A DNA stretch of 61,875 bases, counting the filler. It is 9 parts of 9 records of this genome, joined end to end, with 100 filler letters (N's around TTAATTAATTAA, not from the genome) between each part and the next. Parts side by side here need not be neighbours in the genome. Positions count along the whole stretch, not along the records: positions 29,429 to 35,698 come from SRR31147125_68608; positions 35,799 to 43,067 come from SRR31147125_68792; positions 43,168 to 49,220 come from SRR31147125_68814; 6 more parts are not named here. The stretch is one strand, 5' to 3'. This document shows positions 33,481 through 43,327 of this stretch, piece after piece (the stretch's first letter is position 1; each line of letters starts with the position of its first letter). The notes beneath the pieces are model-generated. The model saw only the letters and a list, made by a program, of their open reading frames with translations. It did no database searches and was not told where the DNA came from. Made by a program: the position numbers and the translations under genes.

Positions 33481-33813
33481 ATGGATATTATCTTTGCAAA
33501 TAAGAAATTAGAAAAATGGGCCAATAATTTTGCTATTGCACAAAAGAAGTTAGGTAATGAAAGAGCTACTAAATATCATCAAAGACTTGGTGATATGCGA
33601 GATATTGAAAGTTTCAATGATTTACAATTTTTGCCAGGAAGCTTTCATAGTTTATCTGGCGACAGGAAAGGACAGTGGTCTTGCAGTTTAGACCACCCAT
33701 ATCGTTTAATATTTGAACCAGCTATAAAACCTGTTCCTACAAATGAACATGGAGTACCAATTTTATCAGTGATTAAGGTAGTTGAGATTATTGAGATTGT
33801 TGACTACCATTAA
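33481..33813 (+). CDS. higB: HigB/RelE-family toxin
   Basis: MDIIFANKKLEK...FHSLSGDRKGQWSCSLDHPYRLIFEP...IVDYH. Confidence 0.9.
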   Translation: MDIIFANKKLEKWANNFAIAQKKLGNERATKYHQRLGDMRDIESFNDLQFLPGSFHSLSGDRKGQWSCSLDHPYRLIFEPAIKPVPTNEHGVPILSVIKVVEIIEIVDYH

Positions 33814-33825
33814 AAATTAAGAATT

Positions 33826-34938
33826 ATGACACTTGCTAATAAATATACACCAGATATAGTTTTTCATCCTGCTATAACCTTAAATGAAAAGTTAAAAGAA
33901 ATGGGGATGAGCAGGAAAGAGTTTGCAATTAGAACAGGAAAGCCTGAAAAAACAATAATTGCAGTGTTAAAAGAAGAAAGTTCTTTGACACCTGAAATGG
34001 CAATTCTTTTTGAAAATGTAACAAAAATTCCCGCACAGTTCTGGATTAATAAACAAGCAAGATACAATGAATATGTTGCACGTAAAAAACACGAAGAAGC
34101 GATAGCCGAAGCGTCTGAATGGGCTATGCAATTTCCTTATGCTGAAATGGCTAAGCTTAATTGGGTTGTATCAACTCGTAATATAGAAGAAAAGACTATA
34201 AACCTGTTAAATTATTTTGGAGTTGCGTCATATCGGGCATGGGAAAAATTATATGTTGAAACAGAACTAAAAGTTGCAGCATATACATCGTTAAAACAAT
34301 CTCATCAACCACATGCAATTTCAGCATGGTTGCGACAAGGTGAAATACAAGCAAAAAATATTGATGCCCCGATTTTTGATTTGAAAAAGCTAAAGTGCAA
34401 TATTCCTGCAATGCGTAAGATAATGGTTGAACAGCCATTAGATTTTTTTAAGCAATTGCAAGCAATTTGTTTACAAGCAGGTGTAGTATTATTATTCACA
34501 CCAAAATTGCCTAAAGTTCCATTAAGTGGTTCTACTCGTTGGTTAAAGGATACACCATTAATTCAGTTAACTGCAAGGTATAAGAAGAATGATAGTTTTT
34601 GGTTTACATTTTTTCATGAGTTGGGACATATTATATTACATGGTAAAAAATACATTTCACTTGAAAATATAGATTTTGCAGTTGCTGATCCCGAAAAAGA
34701 AGAGGAAGCACACCAATTTGCAGTTAGCCATACTTTTACAAATGAACAAAAACAAGAAATATTGAAAAACAAATCAATTACAGAGCAAGATATAATAGAA
34801 TATGCTAAAAAGTTTAAAACCCATCCTGCAATGATAATTGGTCGATTACAATTCGATGGACACATTCAATACAATATAGGAAGACAATTTATTGAGCCAA
34901 TAGATTTAAATCCTGATTCACAGATTAATAATAACTGA
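33826..34938 (+). CDS. higA: HigA antitoxin fused to an ImmA/IrrE metallopeptidase domain
   Basis: FHPAITL...LTPEMAILFE...FWINKQ HTH, then AWLRQGE and FWFTFFHELGHI (HExxH). Confidence 0.9.
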   Translation: MTLANKYTPDIVFHPAITLNEKLKEMGMSRKEFAIRTGKPEKTIIAVLKEESSLTPEMAILFENVTKIPAQFWINKQARYNEYVARKKHEEAIAEASEWAMQFPYAEMAKLNWVVSTRNIEEKTINLLNYFGVASYRAWEKLYVETELKVAAYTSLKQSHQPHAISAWLRQGEIQAKNIDAPIFDLKKLKCNIPAMRKIMVEQPLDFFKQLQAICLQAGVVLLFTPKLPKVPLSGSTRWLKDTPLIQLTARYKKNDSFWFTFFHELGHIILHGKKYISLENIDFAVADPEKEEEAHQFAVSHTFTNEQKQEILKNKSITEQDIIEYAKKFKTHPAMIIGRLQFDGHIQYNIGRQFIEPIDLNPDSQINNN

Positions 34939-35037
34939 TCTTATTGAAATCTAGTTATTACTAGTAGACACAATATCATAAATCATTTTTATTGATAATT
35001 GCTTATAAAAATATTATAATTAGTCTCATTAATATAA

Positions 35038-35698
35038 ATGATAACTAAAGAACAAATTGATTTCTTTTCGTACAACCAAACTATCTACCCAATTCAATTA
35101 GATTTTTTGCCCCGCTTGCTTGTGCGCACAACCCGGTTATTAAAAACAAATACAACCGCTTATAAACTAGATTTTTTTGAAAAATGTTGAATTACATGCG
35201 GGCAATCGGATTGTTCGTTTTGTCGAAAAATCAGCATGTTTTACCAACAAAGTTGGATTTGTCAGAAACTATTAATGCAAATAGCAAGGATAGGATCAGC
35301 CAATCGCTTATTGAGTTTTTATTTCATTTCGGAATTATTGTGGAACGTGATTCTAAGCTTGCAGTAAATGGTGATTACACTCAGTTATTAGAAGAAAATA
35401 GAATTGGTAACCTGATAAAAAACAAAGGAGATTTATCGGAAGCATCTCTAACTGCAAAAGAAAAAACCATCATCAACGATTTTCGATTTGTTTACGACCT
35501 GGTTCAGAAATACAATAATCCTGACTTTGCGTTTAAATATATTTCAGGGAGAAAAACTTGGGTGTGGGAAAACTTGGTTTCAGAGCGAAAGCTGGATTAT
35601 GAAGTCCGACTGAGTGAAACATTATACAACCTGGTAGATTTAAACATTCCTCAAAAGATAAAAAGTCCGTTTAATGAGGATTATTATACAGAGTCCGG
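35038..35698 (+). CDS. Hypothetical protein (apparent frameshift near 35180; 3'-truncated)
   Basis: ATG at 35038 begins an open frame that continues into ORF 35184. No recognisable motif. Confidence 0.5.
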
Positions 35699-35798
35699 NN
35701 NNNNNNNNNNNNNNNNNNNNNNNNNNNNNNNNNNNNNNNNNNTTAATTAATTAANNNNNNNNNNNNNNNNNNNNNNNNNNNNNNNNNNNNNNNNNNNN

Positions 35799-36287
35799 TT
35801 TTTTTCTTTTTAGTTGAAGTTGTAGAGCTTCTCTTAAATCTCTAGCTCCTATGCCTGCAGGCTCAAATGAATGAATGACAGATATGACTTCCTCAACTCT
35901 ATTTATATTTGTATTAAACCTATTAACAATTTCAAGTATATTTAAGTCTAGATAGCCATTTGAATCAATGTTTCCAATAATAAACTTAGCTATCTCTTCT
36001 TCGATACTGTCTAGTTGAACCTCTCTTAACTGAGACTCCAAATGTTCTACTAAACCTATATCTTCAGATGATGCTACATTTTGATAAATATCACTTGCGC
36101 TATTTTCTCTAGAGCTTGAACGAAAATTACTCCTACTGATTAATGCAGGATTGTTTTGAAGCTCCTCATTGAGAAATTCATCTAACTCTTTTTGAGATAG
36201 TTTCAATATTTGTATAGATTGTTTTAAGGCAGGTGTAAGGCTGAGTTTTTGACTTTGCGTGACTCTTATTTCATTTCTTATCTTCAT
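35799..36287 (-). CDS. rpoN: RNA polymerase sigma-54 factor, N-terminal part
   Basis: QSQKLSLTPALKQSIQILKLS...NNPAL, IIGNIDSNGYL and FEPAGIGARDLREAL motifs. Confidence 0.95.
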
Positions 36288-36460
36288 TTTTCAACCTCAA
36301 CCCTTTATTTTAAGTAAAAATTGAAAGAATTAACTGAAGAATAAACCTTCTTTTTCACTTAAAATGGTACCTTTATTGACATAGTTAATCGAAATCTAAA
36401 AAAATATCCAGATATGATTTTCTTGTATCTCCATAACGTTGGTAGCTCTAGAATTGTTTC

Positions 36461-37150
36461 TTAGAAAATTACTCTGATAAGTATAGGCATAACAATAACA
36501 GTTCCAATCCCTGCTAAACCAATAGCAAGTCCGCTCATAGCACCTTCGATTTCACCCATCTCCATAGCTCTTGTAGTACCTAAGGCATGTGTAGTTGTTC
36601 CTATAGCTAAACCTTTTGCTATGCGATTGTTGATTCTAAACGTAGAGATAACTAAAGGTGAAAATATTGCTCCAAATGTACCTGTAATTGCAATTGCCAA
36701 AATTGTTAATGATACTTCACCGTTAAAAGTTTGTGATAAACTCATTCCAATAGGTGTTGTTATTGATTTAGGCATTAGAGATATTATTAATTTTTCCTCG
36801 AGACCAAAAGCCTTTGCTATTACAATAACGGACACAACTGATGTAGCCACTCCAGAAAAAATCCCCACTAATATTGGTAATAAATGCTTCTTAAGCAAAG
36901 TAGATTGTTTATATAGTGGTAGAGCCAGTGCAACAGTTGCTGGCCCAAGTAAGAATGTAATATACTGTCCTCCGTTATTAAAATCCTCAAATGGGATATC
37001 AAATTTAACTAAAAATGTGATTATTATTATTGTAGAAAGTAGTAAAGGGTTATAAATTGGCAATGGGAATTTTTTACATATTACTTTTCCAATTTGATAA
37101 GCTACAATTGAAGTAATAATTCCAAAACTCGGTTCTCTAAATATTTCCAT
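36461..37150 (-). CDS. lrgB: LrgB-family membrane protein
   Basis: LLGPATVALALPLY, PKSITTPIG and HALGTTRA motifs. Confidence 0.93.
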   Translation of the reverse strand: MEIFREPSFGIITSIVAYQIGKVICKKFPLPIYNPLLLSTIIIITFLVKFDIPFEDFNNGGQYITFLLGPATVALALPLYKQSTLLKKHLLPILVGIFSGVATSVVSVIVIAKAFGLEEKLIISLMPKSITTPIGMSLSQTFNGEVSLTILAIAITGTFGAIFSPLVISTFRINNRIAKGLAIGTTTHALGTTRAMEMGEIEGAMSGLAIGLAGIGTVIVMPILIRVIF

Positions 37151-37499
37151 TTTTTTCGCTCCTCTTTAACATTAGTTGTACAATCCAGCCAGTAACTCCC
37201 ATAGCTATTATTGTTGAAACTACGCAGATAAGTACAATCTGAATCCATGCATCTTTTAACAAATCAAAAGAGGTCATTAACGAGGTACTTGCAGGAACAA
37301 AAAGAAAAGCTAAATTTAGTAAAATTACTTTTATGACATCCTCTACATCTTGAATTTTTACTACTTTTAACGACAATAATAAAAAAAGTAAAACAAAACC
37401 TATAACGTTACCAGGTATAGGGATTCCTAATAAACTTTGGATTATCCCACCTGCATAATTTAAACCTAAAATTATTCCAAACTGCTTTAAAACATTCAT
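37137..37499 (-). CDS. cidA: CidA/LrgA-family protein
   Basis: IPIPGNVIG...LFVPA motifs. Overlaps the lrgB start. Confidence 0.9.
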   Translation of the reverse strand: MNVLKQFGIILGLNYAGGIIQSLLGIPIPGNVIGFVLLFLLLSLKVVKIQDVEDVIKVILLNLAFLFVPASTSLMTSFDLLKDAWIQIVLICVVSTIIAMGVTGWIVQLMLKRSEKNGNI

Positions 37500-37598
37500 G
37501 TATATTCCTCGTTTCTTTTTTACTCTAACCTTAAATTCCAACAAGCCACGCCATTTGAAGGCACGGCTTGTTAAACTATTCAATTTAATCAATAAGAA

Positions 37599-38531
37599 CT
37601 AAACTGGCATAGTTGGCTGTATAAAATCTTTGTATTTTTGAATACGCTGTTTGTATTCGTCAGTTTTCTTTATTTCCATTAATTCGCCTTCCATTCTCTT
37701 GATATCATCTCCGTGAATGAATTTACCGGATAATGTATTGTGAGCATGAGAAATTTGCTCCTCAGGAAATACAAATGTTGTTTTACCATCTGCGATAGTA
37801 ATTTCTCCTTCAATACCACATAAACAACAGACTGCGTGTGTTGAGTCAGTACTAAGATAGAAGTTTTTACTATGGCAATGTGGACATACTCCAGCTTCAC
37901 CTTTATATTCAGCAGTTTCAACATCTTTTGCAGCTTCAACAATGTTTTTTCCAACTTGATTTGCAATTGCTAATTTTTCGTCTTCTACGATGATTTTCTT
38001 TGACCATTGGAATTTTTCGTTATCGATAACTTTCCACATTGGTGTAAGTGCTAACATACCATGGTCACATTCGATTCTAGTTCCCCAATCAGAACCACCA
38101 ACACCCATAAATGATATAACTTTGTCTTTTAATATTCGTGGATCTGGAGCTTTACCATCAGTTGCAGCGGCGATTTTATTTGAGATTATGTTGTTTCCTC
38201 GATCCATTCTAGGACCAAATCTATCAGTAATAGTTCTAATTACCCCAGCAGTTCCTTTTTCAAATATTGGTGCTGCTAAAACGATTCCATCAGCATCAAG
38301 CATTTTATCAAGAAGCCAATCAAAGTCATCTTTTACTGCACACATATTTCCTCTACCTGTCATTAATGCTTTTACACATGCGATACAACCTGTACAGTGT
38401 TTTAAATCAAGGTCAAGAACTCTAACGAATTCAATTTCAGCCCCCATCTCTTGCGCAGCCATTAATGCTTCTTTACAGACAGCATCATTACTCCCATTTT
38501 TTGTTCCAGCAGAAATACCTAAAATCTTCAT
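37599..38531 (-). CDS. flr: Flavone/flavonol ene-reductase FLR (flavodoxin-like, Cys-rich)
   Basis: MKILGISAGTKNGSND, HCTGCIAC, DRFGPRMDRGNN, GGSDW and CPHCHS...CCLCG. From memory, this closely resembles Flavonifractor plautii FLR. Adjacent to phy. Confidence 0.8.
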   Translation of the reverse strand: MKILGISAGTKNGSNDAVCKEALMAAQEMGAEIEFVRVLDLDLKHCTGCIACVKALMTGRGNMCAVKDDFDWLLDKMLDADGIVLAAPIFEKGTAGVIRTITDRFGPRMDRGNNIISNKIAAATDGKAPDPRILKDKVISFMGVGGSDWGTRIECDHGMLALTPMWKVIDNEKFQWSKKIIVEDEKLAIANQVGKNIVEAAKDVETAEYKGEAGVCPHCHSKNFYLSTDSTHAVCCLCGIEGEITIADGKTTFVFPEEQISHAHNTLSGKFIHGDDIKRMEGELMEIKKTDEYKQRIQKYKDFIQPTMPV

Positions 38532-38618
38532 TTAAACCTCCAAATTTAATTAATTTTAATATAATAAATAGCTTTGCATAATAAATACGATTTTTTGATA
38601 CATACGTAAGCTATTTTT

Positions 38619-39410
38619 CTAGAAATTATCTTTTTCCTCAGTATAAACACTTGGTAATATTGCAGCTAAGTTCGAATACTCTTTGATATTATGTCCATAT
38701 AAAGTTTTAGGTACTATATCAGGAATTCTTACTCCTTCAGGTAATGTTTTAACAATCTTTCCATCTTTTTCGGCGAATCCAATCCAGAATCTAGATACAA
38801 ACATTACACCATCTTTATGTGGATACCACTTATGAGTCATTGCAGCAGCTACGTTACTTTCACCAATAGCGCAAGCCATAGATGAACATTTCTCTGTACC
38901 AACTATTTTTGCATCATAACCAAAATCAGTAGGACTTTTGAAGCAAAGCTTTAGGTACGTTGGACCTAAACCAATATCTTCAAGAATGTAGTGGTTTACT
39001 CCCCAAGTTTTCTCATTCATAGGTACATTAGGGTCACATACATAATCAACATTATCTGCTCTTGCAAAATAATGATCTTCTGGATCCCACATTTTATATC
39101 TCAAATCAGCTCCAACACTATGCCATGGGAACCACCAATCTAGCATCTCTGATGTAACTTCAGGCATATAAGTGGTGTTAGCTACGAATCCAGTTCCATC
39201 ATCTAAAACACCATATCCGTTTTGGCAATACTCTTCATCATTACCTGCTAAATATAAATCTTTTTGATCAAAACTTAATCCTTTTGCAGGATCGATTGAT
39301 CCAGCGTTAAAAACATCCCACTTCTCTTGTGGGATTTCTGCCATATCCATCTCATAATATTTGTAGTATGATAATTTTTTCTCTTCTTGACTTATTGCTA
39401 TTTTTTTCAT
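38619..39410 (-). CDS. phy: Phloretin hydrolase (PhlG/DAPG hydrolase family)
   Basis: EMLDWWFPWH, LRYKMWDPEDH, HYILEDIG, SRFWIG and HNIKEYSNLA motifs. Confidence 0.85.
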   Translation of the reverse strand: MKKIAISQEEKKLSYYKYYEMDMAEIPQEKWDVFNAGSIDPAKGLSFDQKDLYLAGNDEEYCQNGYGVLDDGTGFVANTTYMPEVTSEMLDWWFPWHSVGADLRYKMWDPEDHYFARADNVDYVCDPNVPMNEKTWGVNHYILEDIGLGPTYLKLCFKSPTDFGYDAKIVGTEKCSSMACAIGESNVAAAMTHKWYPHKDGVMFVSRFWIGFAEKDGKIVKTLPEGVRIPDIVPKTLYGHNIKEYSNLAAILPSVYTEEKDNF

Positions 39411-39704
39411 TTATTCATCCTTTCAATAATTGATTTTGTTAAACAATTCACCTTATAAAACATACTGCGTTAGTACAGTATATGAAAAAAACGTTTGAAA
39501 AAAAGACGTTTATTTCACGATTTAAATAATAGCATTCTTTACAAATTTATAAAAATAGATTAATATGATATATATTCATGAAATTTTTAGATGGATTTTA
39601 CATTGTTTAGTTAAAAATTGTTTTGAAAATTTTTTAGAAATCTGGCTTGATTTTGAAATTTAAGTATAAAAATCAAAGCCATTTTATATTTGGGAGTGTT
39701 GTAT

Positions 39705-40616
39705 GTGAATTATAATAAGTTGAAATATTTCTATGAAATAGCGAAAATAAAAAATCTCTCCAAAGCGGCAACGCAACTATATGTGAGTCAATCATCGCTA
39801 AGTAAAACTATCGCCGATTTAGAGAATGATTTTGGGAACAAGTTATTTTTTAGAAAAAATAGAAAAATAATATTAACTCCAGCTGGGGAAGAGCTACTTA
39901 AAAGTATTGACGATTTTTTTTCAAAAGAGCAGGAGATATATAACAAAATTAGATCAATTGAAAATTTAAGTGAAAGAGAGATAATCTCTGAAATAAAAGT
40001 TGGTTATATGCCAACGGAGGTTGGTTTAGGGATACATCAGTTCAAAAAGATATTTAATGAAAAATATCCAGGTACTAAATTACTAGTTAAAAGATTAAAT
40101 AAGTTAAACTTGAACACAGCGCTTAAAAATAAAGAGGTAGATTTGGTATGTGCAACTTTGGCAGCTGAAGATTTTACAGCCAATATGGAATTTGAACTAA
40201 TATATAAAAGTACTCCCAGCATCATTATGAATCGATCACATCCACTAGCCAAGTGGCAAAAATTATCTTTTGAAGATATAAAAGCTGAGAAGTTTATACT
40301 TATGGGGCATGATAAATCTTCTATGGATTATGTAGATCTATTACATTGGTTCAAGAAATTTAATTTTTACCCTAATATAGTTAATGTCTTTGATTATGTT
40401 GAAGTAATTCTCCTACAGGTACAAAACTCGAATTATTTAACTGTTTTGTCAGATAGTTGCCCGTTTAGAAGATATAGAGGTTTAATATCTGTTTCTTTGG
40501 AAGAATCAATAGAGTTGAAAGATGGATTTATGTGGTATAAGAAAAATTCGAATAAACATATATCTTTATTTGTAAAAGAGTACAAAAAATGGTACCTTGA
40601 AACACATCTAGATTAG
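39705..40616 (+). CDS. LysR-family regulator divergent from phy-flr
   Basis: LKYFYEIAK...KAATQLYVSQSSLSKTIADLE...LTPAG. Confidence 0.93.
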   Translation: MNYNKLKYFYEIAKIKNLSKAATQLYVSQSSLSKTIADLENDFGNKLFFRKNRKIILTPAGEELLKSIDDFFSKEQEIYNKIRSIENLSEREIISEIKVGYMPTEVGLGIHQFKKIFNEKYPGTKLLVKRLNKLNLNTALKNKEVDLVCATLAAEDFTANMEFELIYKSTPSIIMNRSHPLAKWQKLSFEDIKAEKFILMGHDKSSMDYVDLLHWFKKFNFYPNIVNVFDYVEVILLQVQNSNYLTVLSDSCPFRRYRGLISVSLEESIELKDGFMWYKKNSNKHISLFVKEYKKWYLETHLD

Positions 40617-40678
40617 GCGGAAAACTGAAGATGGATTTTATTAAAGTATTACTTAAAAGTTAGTGAGAGGAGTAAAGC

Positions 40679-42140
40679 GTGGCACCAAAAACTTCTGTAA
40701 AAGAGTTAAAAGAACAGCTAAAAGAAGCAAAGGATAGAATTGTAGAACTAGAAAGAGAAAATTTAACAGCATTTGCAATTGGTGATGCTGTAGTTGATGG
40801 AATAATCGTTGTAAATAAAGAAGGAATTGTTGTTAAAGTTAACGGTGGTTATACAGAGATTACTGAGATTAAACCAGAAGAGGTAATTGGGAAATCGATT
40901 AATAAAATAAAGGAGCAGAATCTCTTTACTCATTTTGTCTCTGATCAGGTTTTAAAAAACAAAAGAAAAACTAGTGCTATGGCCACGATTATAAAAAATA
41001 ATAAAAGAGTACTAATGGTTGGATCTCCAATTTTTGATAAAAGTGGTGAGTTTATAAAGATAGTTACAGTAATTAGGGATATCACCTCGCTAGTTAATCT
41101 AAAAGATAAGCTGGAGAAGGTTGAGGAAAAGAAAAGGTATATTCAAAATAAATTAGATAATTTAATAAATGCAGATGAGTGGAATAACTTTAGAGGGAGT
41201 TCGGCAAAAATATTAAGAATAAAAGAGTTGATAAAATATGCAGCTCCTACAGACGCTACGGTCTTTATTGTTGGGGAAACAGGAGTTGGAAAAGAGGTAG
41301 TAGCCAGGGAGGTTTACGAGAAAAGTGAAAGATCAGAAGGTGCCTATGTAAAGATAAATTGTGCAGCAATACCAGAAAACCTACTTGAGTCAGAGTTATT
41401 TGGTTATGCAAAAGGTGCTTTTACCGGTGCTGACAAAAAAGCGAAAAAGGGACTTTTTGAAATAGCAGATGGCGGAACTATCCTACTTGATGAGATAACG
41501 GAGATGCCTCTAAGTCTTCAACCAAAACTACTTAGAGTATTACAAGAAAGAGAGTTTACCCCTTTGGGAGGCGTAAAAAGTATAAAAGTGAATGTAAGGA
41601 TTATTGCATCATGTAACAAAGCCCCTGAAGAGTTAGTAAAAAAAGGTTTGTTCCGAGCAGACTTGTATTATAGATTAAATGTATTTCCTATTCAGATGCC
41701 AAGCCTTCGAGAGAGAAGAGAGGATGTAACTGATATTGCTATAACTTTTTTAGAGCGTTTCAATAAAAGTTATGAAAAAGATAAAGCCTTTGGGAGTACT
41801 GCTATATTTGCACTTTCAAATTATAATTGGCCAGGTAATGTTAGAGAACTTCAAAATGCTATTGAAAGAATGGTGATAGTGTCCACTAACAAAATTTTAA
41901 CTAACATAGACGTTAATTTGGCTATTGGGGTTACTGACGAAGAGAGCTATAGGGAGAAAAAAGCTATTTGGGAACCAAAAGTTTAAAAGAGGCAGTAAAG
42001 GAAACAGAGAAAGGCTTATAGTTGAGGCGCTTGAAAAGGGTGGTAGCACATATGCAGCTGCTGAACTGCTTAAAACTACACAACCAACAATAGTTAGAAA
42101 AGCAAAAGCCTTGAGAATAGATACAAGTAAACAAAAATAA
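40679..42140 (+). CDS. PAS-domain sigma54-dependent activator (apparent frameshift near 41980 before the HTH)
   Basis: GETGVGKE, ESELFGYAKGAFTGA, LLDEI and WPGNVREL motifs. The HTH STYAAAELLKTTQPTIVRK lies in the next frame. Confidence 0.93.
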
Positions 42141-42153
42141 TAGTTATTTGAAG

Positions 42154-42183
42154 AAGCACATCGAGTTTTTTGATGTGCTTTTT
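42154..42183 (+). terminator. Intrinsic terminator
   Basis: AAGCACATC...GATGTGCTT followed by T-run. Confidence 0.75.
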
Positions 42184-42322
42184 AATTTATATCTAAATAA
42201 ACTGCTAAAATTAATTTAAAGGGGAAGGTTATTTTTATTTTTCACAATATTAGCTTGAAATTATGTAGTTTTCTTAGTAATGATTGAGGAGAATGAATAC
42301 TGTTATAACTTTCTAGAACGCC

Positions 42323-42586
42323 TGATACGTTTTTGTATCAATGATTCAAAAACGTATTCATATAATTTTAGCCTTTAAAATAAAGGTGTCAGTACAAACA
42401 TAATTCAAATATATAGATATAATCAGAAAAAACGATTCATTTATGAATCGTTTTTTGGTTATGATTAAAACTAGTGGGAAATGTTTTGAAAAAAATACTA
42501 GTGTATTATTTTCATATTTTTCGTGCTTGAGAACAGATTTTTATAAATTAATTTAGTTTTTTTCATAACTTGGCACGAAAATTGCT
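42323..42586 (+). promoter_or_regulatory. Sigma54 -24/-12 promoter with upstream activator palindromes
   Basis: TGGCAC-GAAAA-TTGCT at 42571-42586. UAS-like TGATAC-N6-GTATCA (42323), TGATTC-N6-GTATTC (42342) and CGATTC-N6-GAATCG (within 42427-42456). Confidence 0.85.
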
Positions 42587-42614
42587 TTATACATAGTGTG
42601 AAGACGAAAGGACG

Positions 42615-42965
42615 GTGATCTATGTGAAAAAAGTTGAATTAAAAGATGTGAAAGCTTATAATCCTCCATTGCACAATGATATGAAGGCAATGAAACTTCA
42701 CGGAAAAGATGAAACTGGTTTAGAGAAATTCTGGATGGGAATGTCACATTTCCTACCTGGTGGAGGAGCTGAATGGGCTTATGAAGATTCTCCAACAGAA
42801 AAAGTATATTATGTTCTAGAAGGTGAAATTACTGTTAAGTCTAAAGATGAGGAGTTCATCCTTAGAAAAGGTGATTCAATAGCTATCTTGCCATTCGAAG
42901 GTAGAGAGATGATTAATCACACAAACAATGTAGCTACATGTTTAGTTATTATTACTAACGCGTAA
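42615..42965 (+). CDS. Cupin-domain protein (candidate dihydrophloroglucinol cyclohydrolase)
   Basis: SHFLPGGGA...TEKVYYVLEGE...LRKGDS cupin motifs. First gene after the sigma54 promoter. Confidence 0.8.
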   Translation: MIYVKKVELKDVKAYNPPLHNDMKAMKLHGKDETGLEKFWMGMSHFLPGGGAEWAYEDSPTEKVYYVLEGEITVKSKDEEFILRKGDSIAILPFEGREMINHTNNVATCLVIITNA

Positions 42966-43327
42966 GAGAATTTATAAGATTAGAGAAACTTTAAATTAGA
43001 AAAACAGTCTAAAAAATAGCTTATTTAAATCAGATTGTTTTTCTAAACAAAGTTGCAAAGAAACGCTNNNNNNNNNNNNNNNNNNNNNNNNNNNNNNNNN
43101 NNNNNNNNNNNTTAATTAATTAANNNNNNNNNNNNNNNNNNNNNNNNNNNNNNNNNNNNNNNNNNNNTTTTTCAAAAGCGGGTAAGTTATATTTTAGTGA
43201 ACGCCCCTATACCTCGATCTTCAACAGTCCCGTAGTTTGAAATGAGTAAAGTTATTTAAACCGATTCCTAAATCGAGACGTCTCCATTTTTTGAACAAGA
43301 CCGTTTGTCGGCAGAGAGGGCCATGAA

